From: Octopus vulgaris
Lineage: Eukaryota
Direction: 5' to 3'
DNA: 64,000 nucleotides
NCBI GenBank assembly: GCA_951406725.2
Contig: OX597815.1
Coordinates: 78,616,001 to 78,680,000 of the forward strand
Within the stretch, counting starts at the first letter, position 1. Every line of letters starts with the position of its first letter. The notes beneath the pieces were generated by a model that did no database searches, was not told where the DNA came from, and saw only the letters and a list, made by a program, of their open reading frames with translations. Positions 51,201 through 60,792 of this stretch are shown here, in pieces. The position numbers and the translations under genes were made by a program.

Positions 51201-52788
51201 GATTACTTCAAGTAGTTCTATGTTATTCTAGTGCAAAGGTAATGAATTTGCACAAGAGATATAGTTTATAGTATCACATGAATACAATGTAATTTTTAGT
51301 AAGTACTTTGAAATTTTCACATATTGACTTATGAGTTGCAGCTCCTAAGCAGATTCAATCATAATTGTATTGCTTCTGTGTAATATGTATAACCAACTAG
51401 TGATTCATTTAGCACAAATTATAGGTCTTACTTTTATTGTATATACTTTATGAATGCAAACTTTATTCCATCCTTCTGCATAACTAATGTAACAGCTGTG
51501 ACTGAAATGTATTGTAACAACTGGCTATTGTTTGAACACTTTTTTTGTGTAGTTAAAATCCTACAATGTTTAGTTATGTAGGGTAATGGTTTTAGTTATG
51601 TAGTGAAATAAGAAAAGAAAAAGAAAACTAATTAATGTAACTGACTATATGAAATAAAAATAAAATAATAGTAATAAAAATTTAGGTATAAAAACAAGTC
51701 AATAAAGGGTATTAAACAAATGAAATTAATGCAGAGTGATTTGAAACATTCTTAGAATGGCACTGTCTAGTCATATGATACTTACACTATGACAGAACAG
51801 ATGTAAAAATTATTAACATAGATAATTTCATGTCCGCTTTCTATGCTGACATAGGTATGATAGACCAGCCCAGACTGAGACAGTTCTTATAGGAAATAAC
51901 TGCCTTACAAAACATCTTACTTCTAAATTTCATTGGTTTCTACAGTTGGATGTCCAAGAAGGAAGAGAGATAGGAGTGAGACAAATGTAGGAGAGGGAGA
52001 AGTAGGAGAAACAATGATAGTTGTATTTGGTAAGAGGATTAAATTGAAAAACATGGGCAGCATGATGGGATACCAATAAAATTATGAGATGGTAAAAGAG
52101 AGCGAATGATGGAAGGACAAATAGCAACAGAGATGGGCAATGGTGGGAGTGGTACATGTCAATGATCAGAGACATGGAGAGAGAGAGGGATTGATGACTA
52201 GCAATAAAAAGTGATGCTAACAGGGGATATTGAATATGAATACATATGCTATCATCCAATATCCCCACCAGTATACCTCTTCCAGATATTTTTCAAAGCT
52301 ATCTTCCTTATGTATCACATGTCTACACCACTGCATTCTTCTCAACTGAACACACCAGATTACAAATCTGATCATTTGTTAAAAGCAACAAATCTCCCTA
52401 AAAACCATACCTACTACCTTAAAAATGGAAGAACATCCTAGGTAATGTAGTTCTTGATACAGTGAGTGAAAAGACAGACACTTGTCATAACTGGACTCTT
52501 ACAGATCTGCTTGTTTGGGGGAGTATCAAACAAGAAACAAAATTTAGTTACATCAAACATAAATAAGTAAACTTTATTTCTCTACCACATCAATACTAAT
52601 CCAAGAATATACAATAAATGTTTAACATGAAAATATGACGAGCAAAATTCAGTCTGAATCCTTACCGTGACAGATGATGTCTTCTCTCCTACAATGGACG
52701 GATTAAAGGAAGGACTTACACTGGAACGCGTAGATGACGATTTAGTATCCTGACCAGGAGTCTTGTTTTTCTCTTTAAATCGTTTTAA
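2177..52788 (-). CDS. GOLGA2: Golgin subfamily A member 2 / GM130 homolog, partial multi-exon gene (16 exons traced; first and last exons not found)
   Basis: Sixteen GT-AG exons with compatible phases join into one stop-free coiled-coil frame. The frame contains GM130 hallmark segments in the expected order: [92 protein letters not shown]. Family assignment is from my recall of vertebrate GM130, not a database search. Confidence 0.93.
2415..2621. mobile_element. ~210-bp TTAA MITE (piggyBac-like), same family as 27254-27471
   Basis: Ends ATGCTAAAGGG|TTAA. The body is reverse-complementary to the 27254-27471 copy. Confidence 0.7.
3071..3158 (-). CDS. GOLGA2: GM130 exon: [29 protein letters not shown]
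   Basis: Acceptor tgtctgtttag, donor gtaaag, 88 nt, phase 0-1. Confidence 0.9.
3300..3440. repeat. Compound (TG)n/(TA)n/(TACA)n microsatellite
   Basis: Directly visible; it produces the spurious YIYIY/CVCV ORFs in the track. Confidence 0.95.
3889..4150 (-). mobile_element. Non-autonomous Helitron-like element
   Basis: Minus-strand 3' end CTAG|T preceded by a short hairpin. The other end is ACAGACAGAACGGATTTTATATA followed by (TA)n, a layout typical of short Helitrons. Confidence 0.55.
4180..4650 (+). mobile_element. RTE-LINE 3'-UTR-derived retroposon with (TGA)n tail
   Basis: CACCCACTACACTCTCGGAGTGGTTGGCGTTAGGAAGGGCATCC...CCAACCCATGCTAGCATGGAAAG...GATGATGA is shared with the 3' end of the LINE at 46946-49315. 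Confidence 0.85.
5222..5376 (-). mobile_element. Degenerate tRNA-derived CORE-like SINE (abundant family)
   Basis: Minus-strand head followed by CCTTGGGCAAGTGTCTTCT. Related copies near 20370-20460, 29240-29385, 30425-30555, 33635-33880, 37930-38125, 38865-38950, 44870-45030 (+), 46555-46690 (+) and 57870-57990. Confidence 0.75.
5605..5712 (-). CDS. GOLGA2: GM130 exon: [36 protein letters not shown]
   Basis: Acceptor tttttttctttatatag, donor gtcagt, 108 nt, phase 0-0. Corresponds to the QLQMERD...MSEQ exon of GM130. Confidence 0.88.
6565..7150 (-). mobile_element. hAT (Buster/Charlie-type) transposon remnant, 3' end only
   Basis: Terminus CAGGGGTCAGGGAAC preceded by the 8-mer TGTTAGAT (central TA). 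Minus-strand peptides RNRLDPED...[10 protein letters not shown] at 6815-6905 resemble the hAT dimerization C-terminus, and TDGA lies near 7110-7125. The opposite TIR was not found. Confidence 0.6.
7338..8304. promoter_or_regulatory. CpG-retaining intronic island bounded by ~87-bp inverted repeats; candidate bidirectional internal promoter
   Basis: Arms 7338-7424 and 8218-8304 are near reverse complements. Each, read outward, is TATAAAA, then CATCACACCTGTTTTCATTTACGCTC..., then G|GTAAGT. CpG is visibly more frequent than in the flanking intron. Confidence 0.5.
9546..9884 (+). mobile_element. Young full-length tRNA-derived SINE
   Basis: A box TGGCTCAGTGG, B-box-like GCTCGAATCC, CORE-like GTGTTCTTGAGCAAGGCACTT, TTTACCCTTAC tail. 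CpGs are retained. Confidence 0.85.
10800..11405 (-). mobile_element. Old mariner remnant
   Basis: Minus-strand [14 protein letters not shown] at about 10826-10870 matches the mariner IITGDETWVYG motif. A TIR-like end lies near 11385-11406. Confidence 0.55.
12490..12875 (+). mobile_element. Diverged RTE-tail retroposon with an internal ~26-bp minisatellite
   Basis: Repeated GTCACATAAATAGCACC units, then AAAGTGGTTGGCATTAAGAAGGGCATC...CCATCCAACCC...ATGATAAT. Confidence 0.7.
15835..16412 (-). mobile_element. CR1-clade LINE 3' fragment
   Basis: Minus-strand peptides [45 protein letters not shown] and [11 protein letters not shown]...SFK are typical of the CR1 ORF2 C-terminus. Confidence 0.8.
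16950..17650 (+). mobile_element. Highly degenerate CR1/L2-like LINE 3' fragment
   Basis: Fragments around 17428-17580 read FKYLPQNI...[24 protein letters not shown]...SSSLINQ, resembling a LINE ORF2 C-terminus. Confidence 0.45.
17963..18049 (-). CDS. GOLGA2: GM130 exon: [29 protein letters not shown]
   Basis: Acceptor ttttctttccag, donor gtgagt, 87 nt, phase 0-0. Confidence 0.9.
18855..18935 (-). CDS. GOLGA2: GM130 exon: [27 protein letters not shown]
   Basis: Acceptor cctttacag, donor gtaagc, 81 nt, phase 0-0. Contains an LQKKLEM-like motif. Confidence 0.92.
19071..19131 (-). CDS. GOLGA2: GM130 exon: (N)[20 protein letters not shown]
   Basis: Acceptor gttttcccag, donor gtaaaa, 61 nt, phase 2-0. 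Confidence 0.9.
20475..20680 (+). mobile_element. SINE with a Nin-domain-like central region
   Basis: GGCAGAATTGTTAG head, GAGTTTAAATTC B-box relic, then TTTGCCTTTCACCTTTTGGAGTCAACAAAATAAGTA. A related copy lies at about 2630-2850. Confidence 0.6.
21835..21893 (-). CDS. GOLGA2: GM130 exon: [19 protein letters not shown]
   Basis: Acceptor ttcgttttcag, donor gtaagt, 59 nt, phase 0-2. Confidence 0.9.
22515..22902 (+). mobile_element. Non-autonomous Helitron
   Basis: 5' end A|TCTACAATATA. 3' hairpin CCCGAGCAACGCCGGG followed 8 nt later by CTAG|T. No TSD; inserted between A and T. Confidence 0.85.
23326..23670. repeat. (TG)n/(TATG)n microsatellites enclosing a 31-bp-stem hairpin
   Basis: Directly visible; the hairpin spans 23357-23425. 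Confidence 0.9.
24672..24778 (-). CDS. GOLGA2: GM130 exon: [36 protein letters not shown]
   Basis: Acceptor gttttcctag, donor gtaggt, 107 nt, phase 1-0. Confidence 0.92.
25329..25422 (-). CDS. GOLGA2: GM130 exon: [31 protein letters not shown]
   Basis: Acceptor ttttctttaag, donor gtgagt, 94 nt, phase 0-1. [17 protein letters not shown] is the diagnostic GOLGA2-family motif. Confidence 0.95.
27254..27471. mobile_element. Complete TTAA MITE (piggyBac-like)
   Basis: TTAA|CCCTTTAGTGTT ... AACACTAAAGGG|TTAA: perfect 12-bp TIRs with a TTAA TSD. Confidence 0.88.
27550..27648 (-). CDS. GOLGA2: GM130 exon: [33 protein letters not shown]
   Basis: Acceptor tattttag, donor gtaaat, 99 nt, phase 0-0. 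Ends in a GALREQLQ-like motif. Confidence 0.92.
28811..28891 (-). CDS. GOLGA2: GM130 exon: [27 protein letters not shown]
   Basis: Acceptor ttcttttcag, donor gtgagt, 81 nt, phase 0-0, coiled-coil pattern. Confidence 0.9.
29420..29923 (+). mobile_element. RTE-LINE 3'-UTR-derived retroposon with (TGA)n tail
   Basis: Same family as 4180-4650. Starts GAAGAGCTGTTGAGGCAAGTGAAAT and ends CATGGAAAGCGGACGTTAAACAATGATGATGATGAT. Confidence 0.85.
30688..30747 (-). CDS. GOLGA2: GM130 exon: [20 protein letters not shown]
   Basis: Poly-T-gtag acceptor, donor gtattt, 60 nt, phase 0-0. Similar to the GM130 VNGEG...DLE segment. Confidence 0.88.
31854..31917 (-). CDS. GOLGA2: GM130 exon: (R)[21 protein letters not shown]
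   Basis: Acceptor tttttctttctcag, donor gtaagt, 64 nt, phase 2-0. Matches the GM130 motif STESLRQLSQQLNGL. Confidence 0.92.
31970..32370 (-). mobile_element. Penelope-like element 3' fragment: GIY-YIG C-terminus, tRNA-like A/B boxes and a hammerhead relic
   Basis: Peptide [44 protein letters not shown] (32228-32368, one frameshift). A box at 32173-32183, B box at 32137-32146. Hammerhead-like CCGATGAA-GGCTG-loop-CAGCC-GAAAC at 32020-32052. Confidence 0.75.
37298..37321 (-). CDS. GOLGA2: Candidate 24-nt symmetric microexon: (R)CSNNRVL(R)
   Basis: Acceptor gtgtttttctaag, donor CAG|gtaata. Open in phase 2-2, but not required to keep the frame. Confidence 0.5.
39480..40834 (+). repeat. Head-to-tail array of RTE 3'-end units (316-340 bp) with a nested 62-bp minisatellite and one (TGA)n tail
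   Basis: GAAGACCCGGC unit starts at 39546, 39862 and 40202. The 62-bp units start at 40481, 40543 and 40605. The sequence is homologous to the ORF end and 3' UTR of the LINE at 46946-47670. Confidence 0.9.
43600..43766. mobile_element. Degenerate TTAA MITE related to 60793-61012
   Basis: Start TTAA-TCCTTTTGTTCCTATATTTCTGTTGA and end TCAAAAGAG parallel the 60793-61012 element. Confidence 0.5.
43877..43917 (-). CDS. GOLGA2: GM130 exon: [13 protein letters not shown](R)
   Basis: Acceptor tttccattttcag, donor gtaaag, 41 nt, phase 0-2. Supplies the phase change needed by the 31854-31917 exon. Confidence 0.7.
45853..46338 (+). mobile_element. Mariner transposase 3' remnant (DD34D region)
   Basis: [14 protein letters not shown]...[18 protein letters not shown] corresponds to the HDNA and YSPDLAPSD motifs, followed by a TIR-like end. 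Confidence 0.85.
47283..47573 (-). repeat. Three 98-bp tandem copies inside the LINE 3' UTR
   Basis: Near-identical units start at 47283, 47381 and 47479 (CATGCCACCGGCACTGGTAACACATC...). Confidence 0.93.
47646..49315 (-). CDS. RTE-type reverse transcriptase (endonuclease lost by truncation) with an inserted PHD-like Cys/His finger
   Basis: RT motifs [59 protein letters not shown], and the RTE C-terminal [17 protein letters not shown]. Confidence 0.92.
50169..50343. mobile_element. Fold-back (palindromic) MITE, possibly PIF/Harbinger-like
   Basis: CATAGCCACTTTAACATGGCTGTC pairs with GACAGCCATGTTAAAGTAGCTATG, and pairing continues almost to a central loop at about 50250-50261. Confidence 0.8.
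50540..50960 (+). mobile_element. Old degenerate non-LTR reverse transcriptase fragment
   Basis: [14 protein letters not shown]...HW (FIDFxxAFDSV-like) and FTDLDYANN (YADD-like) occur in different frames. Confidence 0.6.
52666..52788 (-). CDS. GOLGA2: GM130 exon (probably exon 2): [41 protein letters not shown]
   Basis: Acceptor ttttttttccag, donor gtaagg, 123 nt, phase 0-0. Resembles the LREYQQRNSPG segment that follows the KLAAAKKK exon of GM130. Confidence 0.82.
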
Positions 52789-53449
52789 CTGGAAAAAAAA
52801 AAAGGAAAAAAATTTCAATACAAAAATTTCTTTAAACAATATATCGTCAAATCTTTTAACATCTCCTTTTCCATGCTTACATGAATCGGATTTTCTATGG
52901 CTATGCCCTTCTTGTCAATCTCTCACCTGTTTCCAAGCAAGGTATTTTTACCCATGGCCAAATATGCTGAAAATAATACAATTAATGGGGGAAAAGGACA
53001 ATGTGTACAGATAATGTACTTTAGCAAAAAAGATCAGTTAAGCAAAACTATTTAGAAAAATATTTTTGAATATATTGCTAACATTATTTTATATATCTAT
53101 CTTTAAATATTAATGAAAAATAGTCTTAAATTTTTTGTTTTTGTTATAAGCACATTAATCACTCAACCATTCCTGCCCATCTCGAAGTTAATTATAAGAG
53201 CTCACACTGGAACTATTGTACCCAGTACACTTTACCATCACCCAACCCTCATATACTACCAGACATCACCCCATTCAACCTCTGCCAACATATTCACTAG
53301 ACAATTGTAATGATGTTGAAAGTATAAAACTACTGTAGAAGGTATAAAACTATACAGTTTGGAGGAGTGGTTTGATTGTGTTGTTGAAGGTCGAGGAACG
53401 AGCTATAGATTTTAATCAACACTGTTAGTATTAAATATAAACACTGTCC

Positions 53450-54219
53450 ATATACAAGATCATGGACAGAAAATGAACCAGCAGAACAAGTTTCAACTCA
53501 ATGTTGAGATTCCATCAGTGACAACTTTCTCTGTCATGGCAATACCTGCTCAGAGGTCTATGCAAAATTTCAGAAAGTATGTGGAGAGGGGTGTATGAGC
53601 TGCACACAAGTGTACGAGTGGTTCACACATTTTCAAGATGGCTGAAAAAAAATGTCAATATTGATGAATGTTCTGGGAGACCAATAACCAGAAAAACTGA
53701 GGAAAACATTGCAGATGCGCATGCAGCTGTGAGGGGAAATCATCGAATCACCATCTGTGAGTTATCAGAGGATGTGCAGATTAGTTACGGTTCAGTTCAG
53801 TCCATTATCACTGAAGGTTTGGGTATGAGACGTGTGTCTGCCAAGTTTGTGCCAAAGCTGCTTTCAGCTGACCAAAATAAAAAAAAAAAACACTTGGGTT
53901 TCAGTTGCACAAGATGTCCTTCATTGTGTTGAGAATGATGAAAACTTTGTGTAGGCCTCTGAGCAGGTATTGCCAAGCTTTTGGCAAAATTTGATGCAGA
54001 TTCTCTGCCCAGTTTTCTCTGACATGATCAATGTGATGATCACACATTACACAGTTACCTTCCAAGCACTGCTGTAAACAGTGGAAGTGAGCTGGGATGT
54101 TAAAACTTAGTGTGCATGCACACCAGAGTTTAAGGTCAATCTGTGCCAAGCAGCTTCATTCTGCATGTTTTAGCTTCATTACTATAGCAACAGTCCAGAT
54201 ACTTATGGATCAGACCATG
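53450..54219 (-). mobile_element. Mariner remnant with an inverted internal segment
   Basis: TA|CATGGTCTGATCCATAAGTATCTGG terminus and MSEKTGQRICIKFCQKLGNTCSEAY on the minus strand. The continuation (SGRP, RRVSAKFVPKLLSADQ) is on the plus strand at 53537-53948. Confidence 0.85.
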
Positions 54220-57200
54220 TAAATGGAGAGCTTTGGTGTTGCCAAAAGGTTATCAAAGAGAGCACCCACCAGACCACCTGATGGACCCCACTCATTGATA
54301 TGCTGCCAAAGTTGACTCCCCTAACATATTGTAATGCTATCTTAGTATATTATAAAGCATTATTTAATCACAGATTAAAAAATTGTCATGATATTCTCAA
54401 CTATCAACAGTCTATTGAAGGATTTAAATATTACAGCCCAAATATCTTTGTGGTTTACTTATCTTAAATATTTCACTTTAAGGTTTCTTTTTTGGATTCG
54501 ATTTGCAAGATTCTTTGTGAGTTCATGCGTTGAAGCATATTCTGTTGTCTGGAGAGAGTCATTCTCCTTTGGTGCCTTTATAATTTAACACACTCACCAA
54601 TACAATTTTCACTCAATAGTTGTTAACTCTATCCATTATTCAAACTGTGTTCTTTTTGTTTGTTTGTGTGCATGTGTTCCTTTTGTTTTTGTCCTTTGCT
54701 GTGTTGCAGCTTGAATAACGGACAGTCAACAACTGCTGAAAAGGTTGCAAGATGCAACAAAATTTCCACTCCTGGAGACTTTGTAAAAAGAGCCATGATC
54801 ACTGCCTTCCATCCTCACTAAAAGATAAAAAATCTTTGACCTTAGAGGTAATGATAATGAATTCTATGGGGAAAGGAAACAAGGGAGATATAGTGTAAAG
54901 TGGTAAAAACTGATCTCAAAAGAATGAATCTCACAAAAGAGACAGTAACAGACCATGAAATATTGGAACATTGTGCTGTAAAAGACCTACCCAACTCATG
55001 CAAGCATAGGAAAATGGACTAAAAATAGTGGTAGTGAAAGGTTTGTATGTATAATATCTATATTTAGGTCACTTCCCATTATATACATGGGTCTCTTTCT
55101 CTCTCCCTCTGTTAATATCATTAATCACTCATCCTTTCTCCATTCATTATACACCTCTACTATCACAACTGCTTTCTCATCACATCAGTGTAACAAGGGA
55201 TGGTAACACATTGGATCTATCTGTATTCAGTTCTTTCTATCATCCTTCACTCTGCTTCCTTCCCATTCAACTATCTACAGGTAGCTGTCAATCACTGCCC
55301 ACTATCACCTTGCTCCTATCATTGATTCTCTCACCTCTTATTTTCTCTCTCTCCTGACAAGTCTTGAAGAGAAATTACTCATCTGACTGGAGACAAAGCA
55401 ACCATTCTAGTGTTGTTGCCATGACAAACTGTACCCAGTGCTCTCTGTAGAGCATAGACACTATGACAAAAGTGAAAGGTGCAAGCAAAATGTAGTCTCT
55501 TATCTACCCAAGAGGGCAGTAGCTTCAAATAACAACTGGAACCAAAATTTGTCCAATCCATTCTATACCAACATGGAAACATAGACATAAAATGATATCA
55601 TAACCATAAGGTCATATATTTGGTGGGGAGAGTACAATCACTTTTTGCTTTATCTTTTACTCAAGAGGGAAGGCAGTACCCATGAGCCATTACATATTCC
55701 CCAAGGCTGGAGGGAGACAACTATCCTCAAATCAGAGACCTGACTCAAATACTTACCACAGAGTGGACTCTGCTCAAGGTACTCAAAGTAGTGACATTAA
55801 CTGGATGACAGGTTAAGTCTATCACCCAAGTAGGCTATACCGAGATTTGAACTAAAAATTCAAAGATCCAAAACAAATACTGCAAGGCACCCAGTCCAAT
55901 TTCTTACAATTCTGCCAGTCTACCATCTTGGATTGGTACTTTTTATTGACCCCAGTCTAGCAGGTTTCACACCTATATAGAAACCTTCCCTCATTAGCTT
56001 CAAGTAAACTTTGGTATTGTCATGTAGTCTCAGATCAGTTATAGCTGGAAGACCTGAACAAAAGGCGTTCCAGTCATGACAAACTCACTGTTGGAGAATC
56101 AGGAGCTATATTAAGTATACTGTTTATGTGATCAATATAGCCTTTATTTGAGAGAATTTATGTATTTTCTTGTCTGTACCCAACACAAACATCTTTTAAC
56201 TTTCATAGTTAAACAACCATTTTAACCAAATTGTTTAGCTTTTATTTGATATTTTGAAAAAAATTAGGCACAGCGGGTTAAGTACTAAGCTACTGACAAC
56301 ATGTAGTTAAGTGAAGCAATATAAAAAAGTTAGCTTTAATGATTAATTGTATATTAAAAAAATGTAAGAGAGATAAGTTTGAAATCCTAATTGAAAATTG
56401 AATGAGTTACAGTGGGGAGAGAGTCTGATCTTTTGTATGATATGCTTCAATCTTATTAGGCCTCATCAAAGAAGCATTGTTTTATCAGAACCTCAGTGGT
56501 TAAAAAATATAGAGATTCTAAATGAACATTGATGGTATGACAACTTAAAAAAGATGAAGAGTAGGTAGGCAGAGAGATTTCTGAGGGATGCGGTCAGCAT
56601 GAAAAAAAATGGAAACTGACCACATGGTCATTAATTGAAATCTATAAATTTCCAGATTTAATGCAACCATCTGGCCCTTTTCCTATTGTAGACTTTACTC
56701 AGTTCCATTTCATTTGATCAGTTAGCACCACTAATTCCCTACAGATATTGAAGATAAGTATCACCATAAAAAATTACACCACTTAATAAAAAAAAATTGT
56801 TTAATCTCATTACAACTATTATTATATGTCCCTAAGCAAAGCAGCAGCCTTGCATGATCCAGCCAGTTTGCTTGACTGACAAAACAAGTTAACCTGTTTC
56901 ATGAATTGTAAAAATATTCCCATATTCAGATACAGAAAAGTCTAAAAATACATAAGTCATCATTAACCCTCAATTAATATGCAAAACTATAAACAACAAT
57001 AATTTACCATTGATAATTCTACAGTGCCACCAATAAAAATCCCCATTAAACAATATCAACTAGTCATAGGTATTTGAATAACTACAATGTCCTTATTGTA
57101 AAGTTAATGAATCATTAGTTTCTATGGACCATAGAATCCAAAACAATATGACTAATAGCTGAATGTGAAATACACTAAATGATGTTTGTGATAAAAATTG

Positions 57201-59649
57201 TTTTGAAATGACACAAAGAAATAAATAACTCAGTGTGTAGCAGGAGGGGATTAACTGACTGAAAAACAAATTCAATATTTGGGTAACATTTACTTCAGTT
57301 TTCATCTCTGACAATACATAATGGCTCCTATATTATAACTTACCCAACTGTGAAATTCTCTTAACACTATCACTGGTTTTCCATCTGCTGTTTTTTGCTT
57401 TCAGTAATGGTATGGGATTGGACAAGACTTCTATAGTCAGATGCCCTTCCTGCCTCCAACCTTTGTTTTCTAAGTAAGGTATTTTTTATTTTACTAGTGT
57501 CTTCACACATCAAAACCATCAAGTTAAGGGACATAGTGTTTACAGGAAATAGCCCCAAGTTAACTAAAACCTTTGAGAGGATGAGGTAAACAGAAACCCT
57601 TTTATTCTTTTACTTGTTTCAGTCATTTAACTGAGGCCATGCTAGAGCACCTGTATATACATCACGTGATGGAAGTAAATGAGCATCATTATCATGTAAG
57701 TGAGGTTGTTCATTTTCAGTCTTCTGTGAAAAACATGTCCAACCAAGGGGAAATATTACCTTACTTAAAAACAAGGCATCCAGCAGTCAAAAATCTGCCT
57801 TGGACATTAAATAATGACAGCTCAGTGTCAATGTAAGGACACATGGAAACAAACATAGACAATAGACCTCTCTAGTTTCTATTTACCAAGATTCACTCAT
57901 AACATTAATCAGTCCAAGGCTAGAGTAGAAATTTGCCCAAAGTGTTACACACTGGAAAGTAACCCCAAAACATGGAAATGCAAAGTGATCTAATGAATAG
58001 TAATATAATTTCTATAAAGCATACAACCCAAATAATGACTATCATTTGAATATCGATTAGACCACATGATAATTATGATGAAAATTATTCATTTAAAATA
58101 ATAAATAGTTATATATATATATATATTATGTACATGGGGTGAAATAGCTGACAAAACTGTTAGAGTAACAATTACTCCTATAAAGATAACATATTAAACT
58201 AAGTCTCATTTTTGACAGAATGAACAATGGCTCCTATGTTATAACTCTCTTAATCCTAAAATTCTCTTAAAACAAGCACCTCAATGTATCTGTTCAGTCT
58301 CTCTCTCACACACACAGATTGTTTTCTTATGGGCTGTGAGATACAAATTTTCACAAACCTTACGACTTTTGTTTTCCCCGTTTGTCACTTTTATTACACA
58401 AAAATCAACTTTGTATTCCTCATTTCCTAGCATAGTCCCCTACCTACCCACCCCATTTGTTGTCTCGCTACCTGCATGCCAACCTCACTAGCGCTGGTAG
58501 AAAGAGAAAACCCAGTACACACTGTAAAGTGGTTGGCATTAAAAAGGGCATCTAGCCCTAAAAAATGCCAATGTATACACTAGAGCATGATGTAGACATA
58601 GTCCTTGTGTACTGTCAAACCATCCAACCCATGCCAAGATACCATAAACATTTTCCTCAGATCTATATACACACTCCCTTCAATTTCTTTTTTTAATCTT
58701 AATCTTAAAACTGCAACAATTAAAACTTACACTACACTAACCCAAATTAGTTACATCTACCCATCAATCTCAGACAGTAAAAAATACCATGCAGACCACC
58801 CTTCCGCTACTGGACTGTGAAAAAAAGACAAACTACAAAGTTTTTACTTTAAAGCATGTGCTAATCAAACAATTGACCGAATATGTCTTTAGCTTCCAAG
58901 TTAATGTTTCAAAATTAAATACTAAATGCTCAACATAAGTAGATTAAATTAAAGTTTTTTTTTTTTAGAAATTAAATAGGTGGACTGTTTCTAGATAAGA
59001 TCAAGTAAATGAGAGAGTGGGAACATTTTTTTGTATTTTTAATTGTACAGTTTAACATCTCATTGTTAATTGAAGAATATAACATTATAAGCTGCAGAAA
59101 CTATTCACCAAAAACTTGGCTGTCATCCAAATAAACTGATAACAGCTGTCAGACAAAACATTTAAAGCACTAATACTTTATAAACACTAATGACAACAGA
59201 TAAGATTACAAAAAAAAAAAAAAGATTTTATTAAAGAATGAATGTAAAGCAAAGAAGATATGGGTGTGAATAACAGATTAGCCTATTGAATAGCTGATTT
59301 GAGTAAAATAACCATGTAACTATAAAGGGAGGATTTCAATGAAACTAACACTTCTTCAAAGCACAGCAAACATCTTTGAAGGATTACAGTAAAAAAAAAC
59401 CCAACACAGTCCATAACTTAGATTGTCCAACTAAAGGAGAAAATTGTGACAGCTAGTTTTGTGGTGGTTAACATTTCCCTTACATACCTCTAAGTAGTCG
59501 TCTTTGTAAAATATATTCAAACAAGTAATGTCAAATTAGATCCCCATTTTCAAATATAACAATTTCACTATTAAGCCTGAAAGGGAGGTGAGAAGCAAAA
59601 CGAGATTTAAGAACGTAATATTACTATTATATTATTATATCTTAAAAGG

Positions 59650-60785
59650 ATGGATGTAACTCTTCACAAAGATAAACAGACAAGACAAAGAGTGTGATGC
59701 AATTGCAATAGATATTTTATTGGTTGAATGATATTTCGACAGTAAGTCTGTCTTTGTCGAATTCAAATCTAAAATATGAACAAGAGCAACCAGCATCCAC
59801 ACAATGATGGAATGACATCATCAGTCTTTAAGCTTCAATTTTATAACAGGTGAAAAAAAATGACAGAAAAAAAAAAGAAAAAAAAGAACATTAAGAATAT
59901 TTAAACACTTTCGTGTAAATTTGAAAAAATTCTCTTGTCATTTTATTAATTCCTCCAGGGCATGGTGTTAATAACCCGCAAACAGATTTCTCCTCATGCA
60001 TTTTGAGCATTGAAAGTGTAGTAGATTCAGAATAGTTTTTGAGAATATGCACTTTCAAGTTTTTTTCAAAATTGCAGCCGTTTGAAGCATAATGTTTGGC
60101 AAGTTCTGTCGAACTACTGTTATTGTGCCAGATGTTATATCTATGCTAATTAAATCTTTTGTTTAATTGTTCTGTTGTACAGCCAACATAAATCAAGTTG
60201 TATTTCATGCATTCTGCCGCATACACCAAATGGGAATCTCTACATGTCCTGCCTTCTGTAAAAATAACATTTCTGTTATGATTCCTACTGGAATTCACTT
60301 GACTCATGATGTTGCACAATGAACAGGGCTTACCTCTCTTGTGATTATTTTTCAAGGTACAGCATGCAGATTACTCCAATGTTAGTTTTCTTGGAGTCAG
60401 AAAAAGAGGTCAATAGTTTTCATATTTTTATTCCATCTAAAGGCTACAATAGGCAGCTGAGGAAATAACTGTTTGAGACAAGGATATTTTTCCGCAACAT
60501 GCTGGTACCTTTCATGCAACTTTTGAAATGTCAGCAAAATTTCAGTGCCAGTTAACCACTAAAGGAATTCTGTCACATATTATACTGTGTTTGCTAAATT
60601 TATGCATGAAGGTTTGACTTCCTTTGCTAATCTTAGCTATCTCATTTGCCATTTCCTTTAATCAAGATTCACTGCAACCGCGTCTGACATAATGGTGTAC
60701 AAAAGCATTTGCATGTTTCCAGTAATCCCCTATGTCAGTACAAATCCATTTTAACCTCAAAAATTGGGATGATGCTTTTCCAAAC
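59650..60785 (-). mobile_element. Penelope-like retroelement remnant (RT thumb, GIY-YIG endonuclease, terminal-repeat region)
   Basis: ASSQFLRLKWICTDIGDY...HHYVRRG and PCSLC...TCRDSHLVYAAECMKYNLIYVGCTTEQLNKRFN*HR...ELAKH. A hammerhead-like fold followed by AATAAA lies at the 3' end. Confidence 0.88.
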
Positions 60786-60792
60786 TGTTTAA

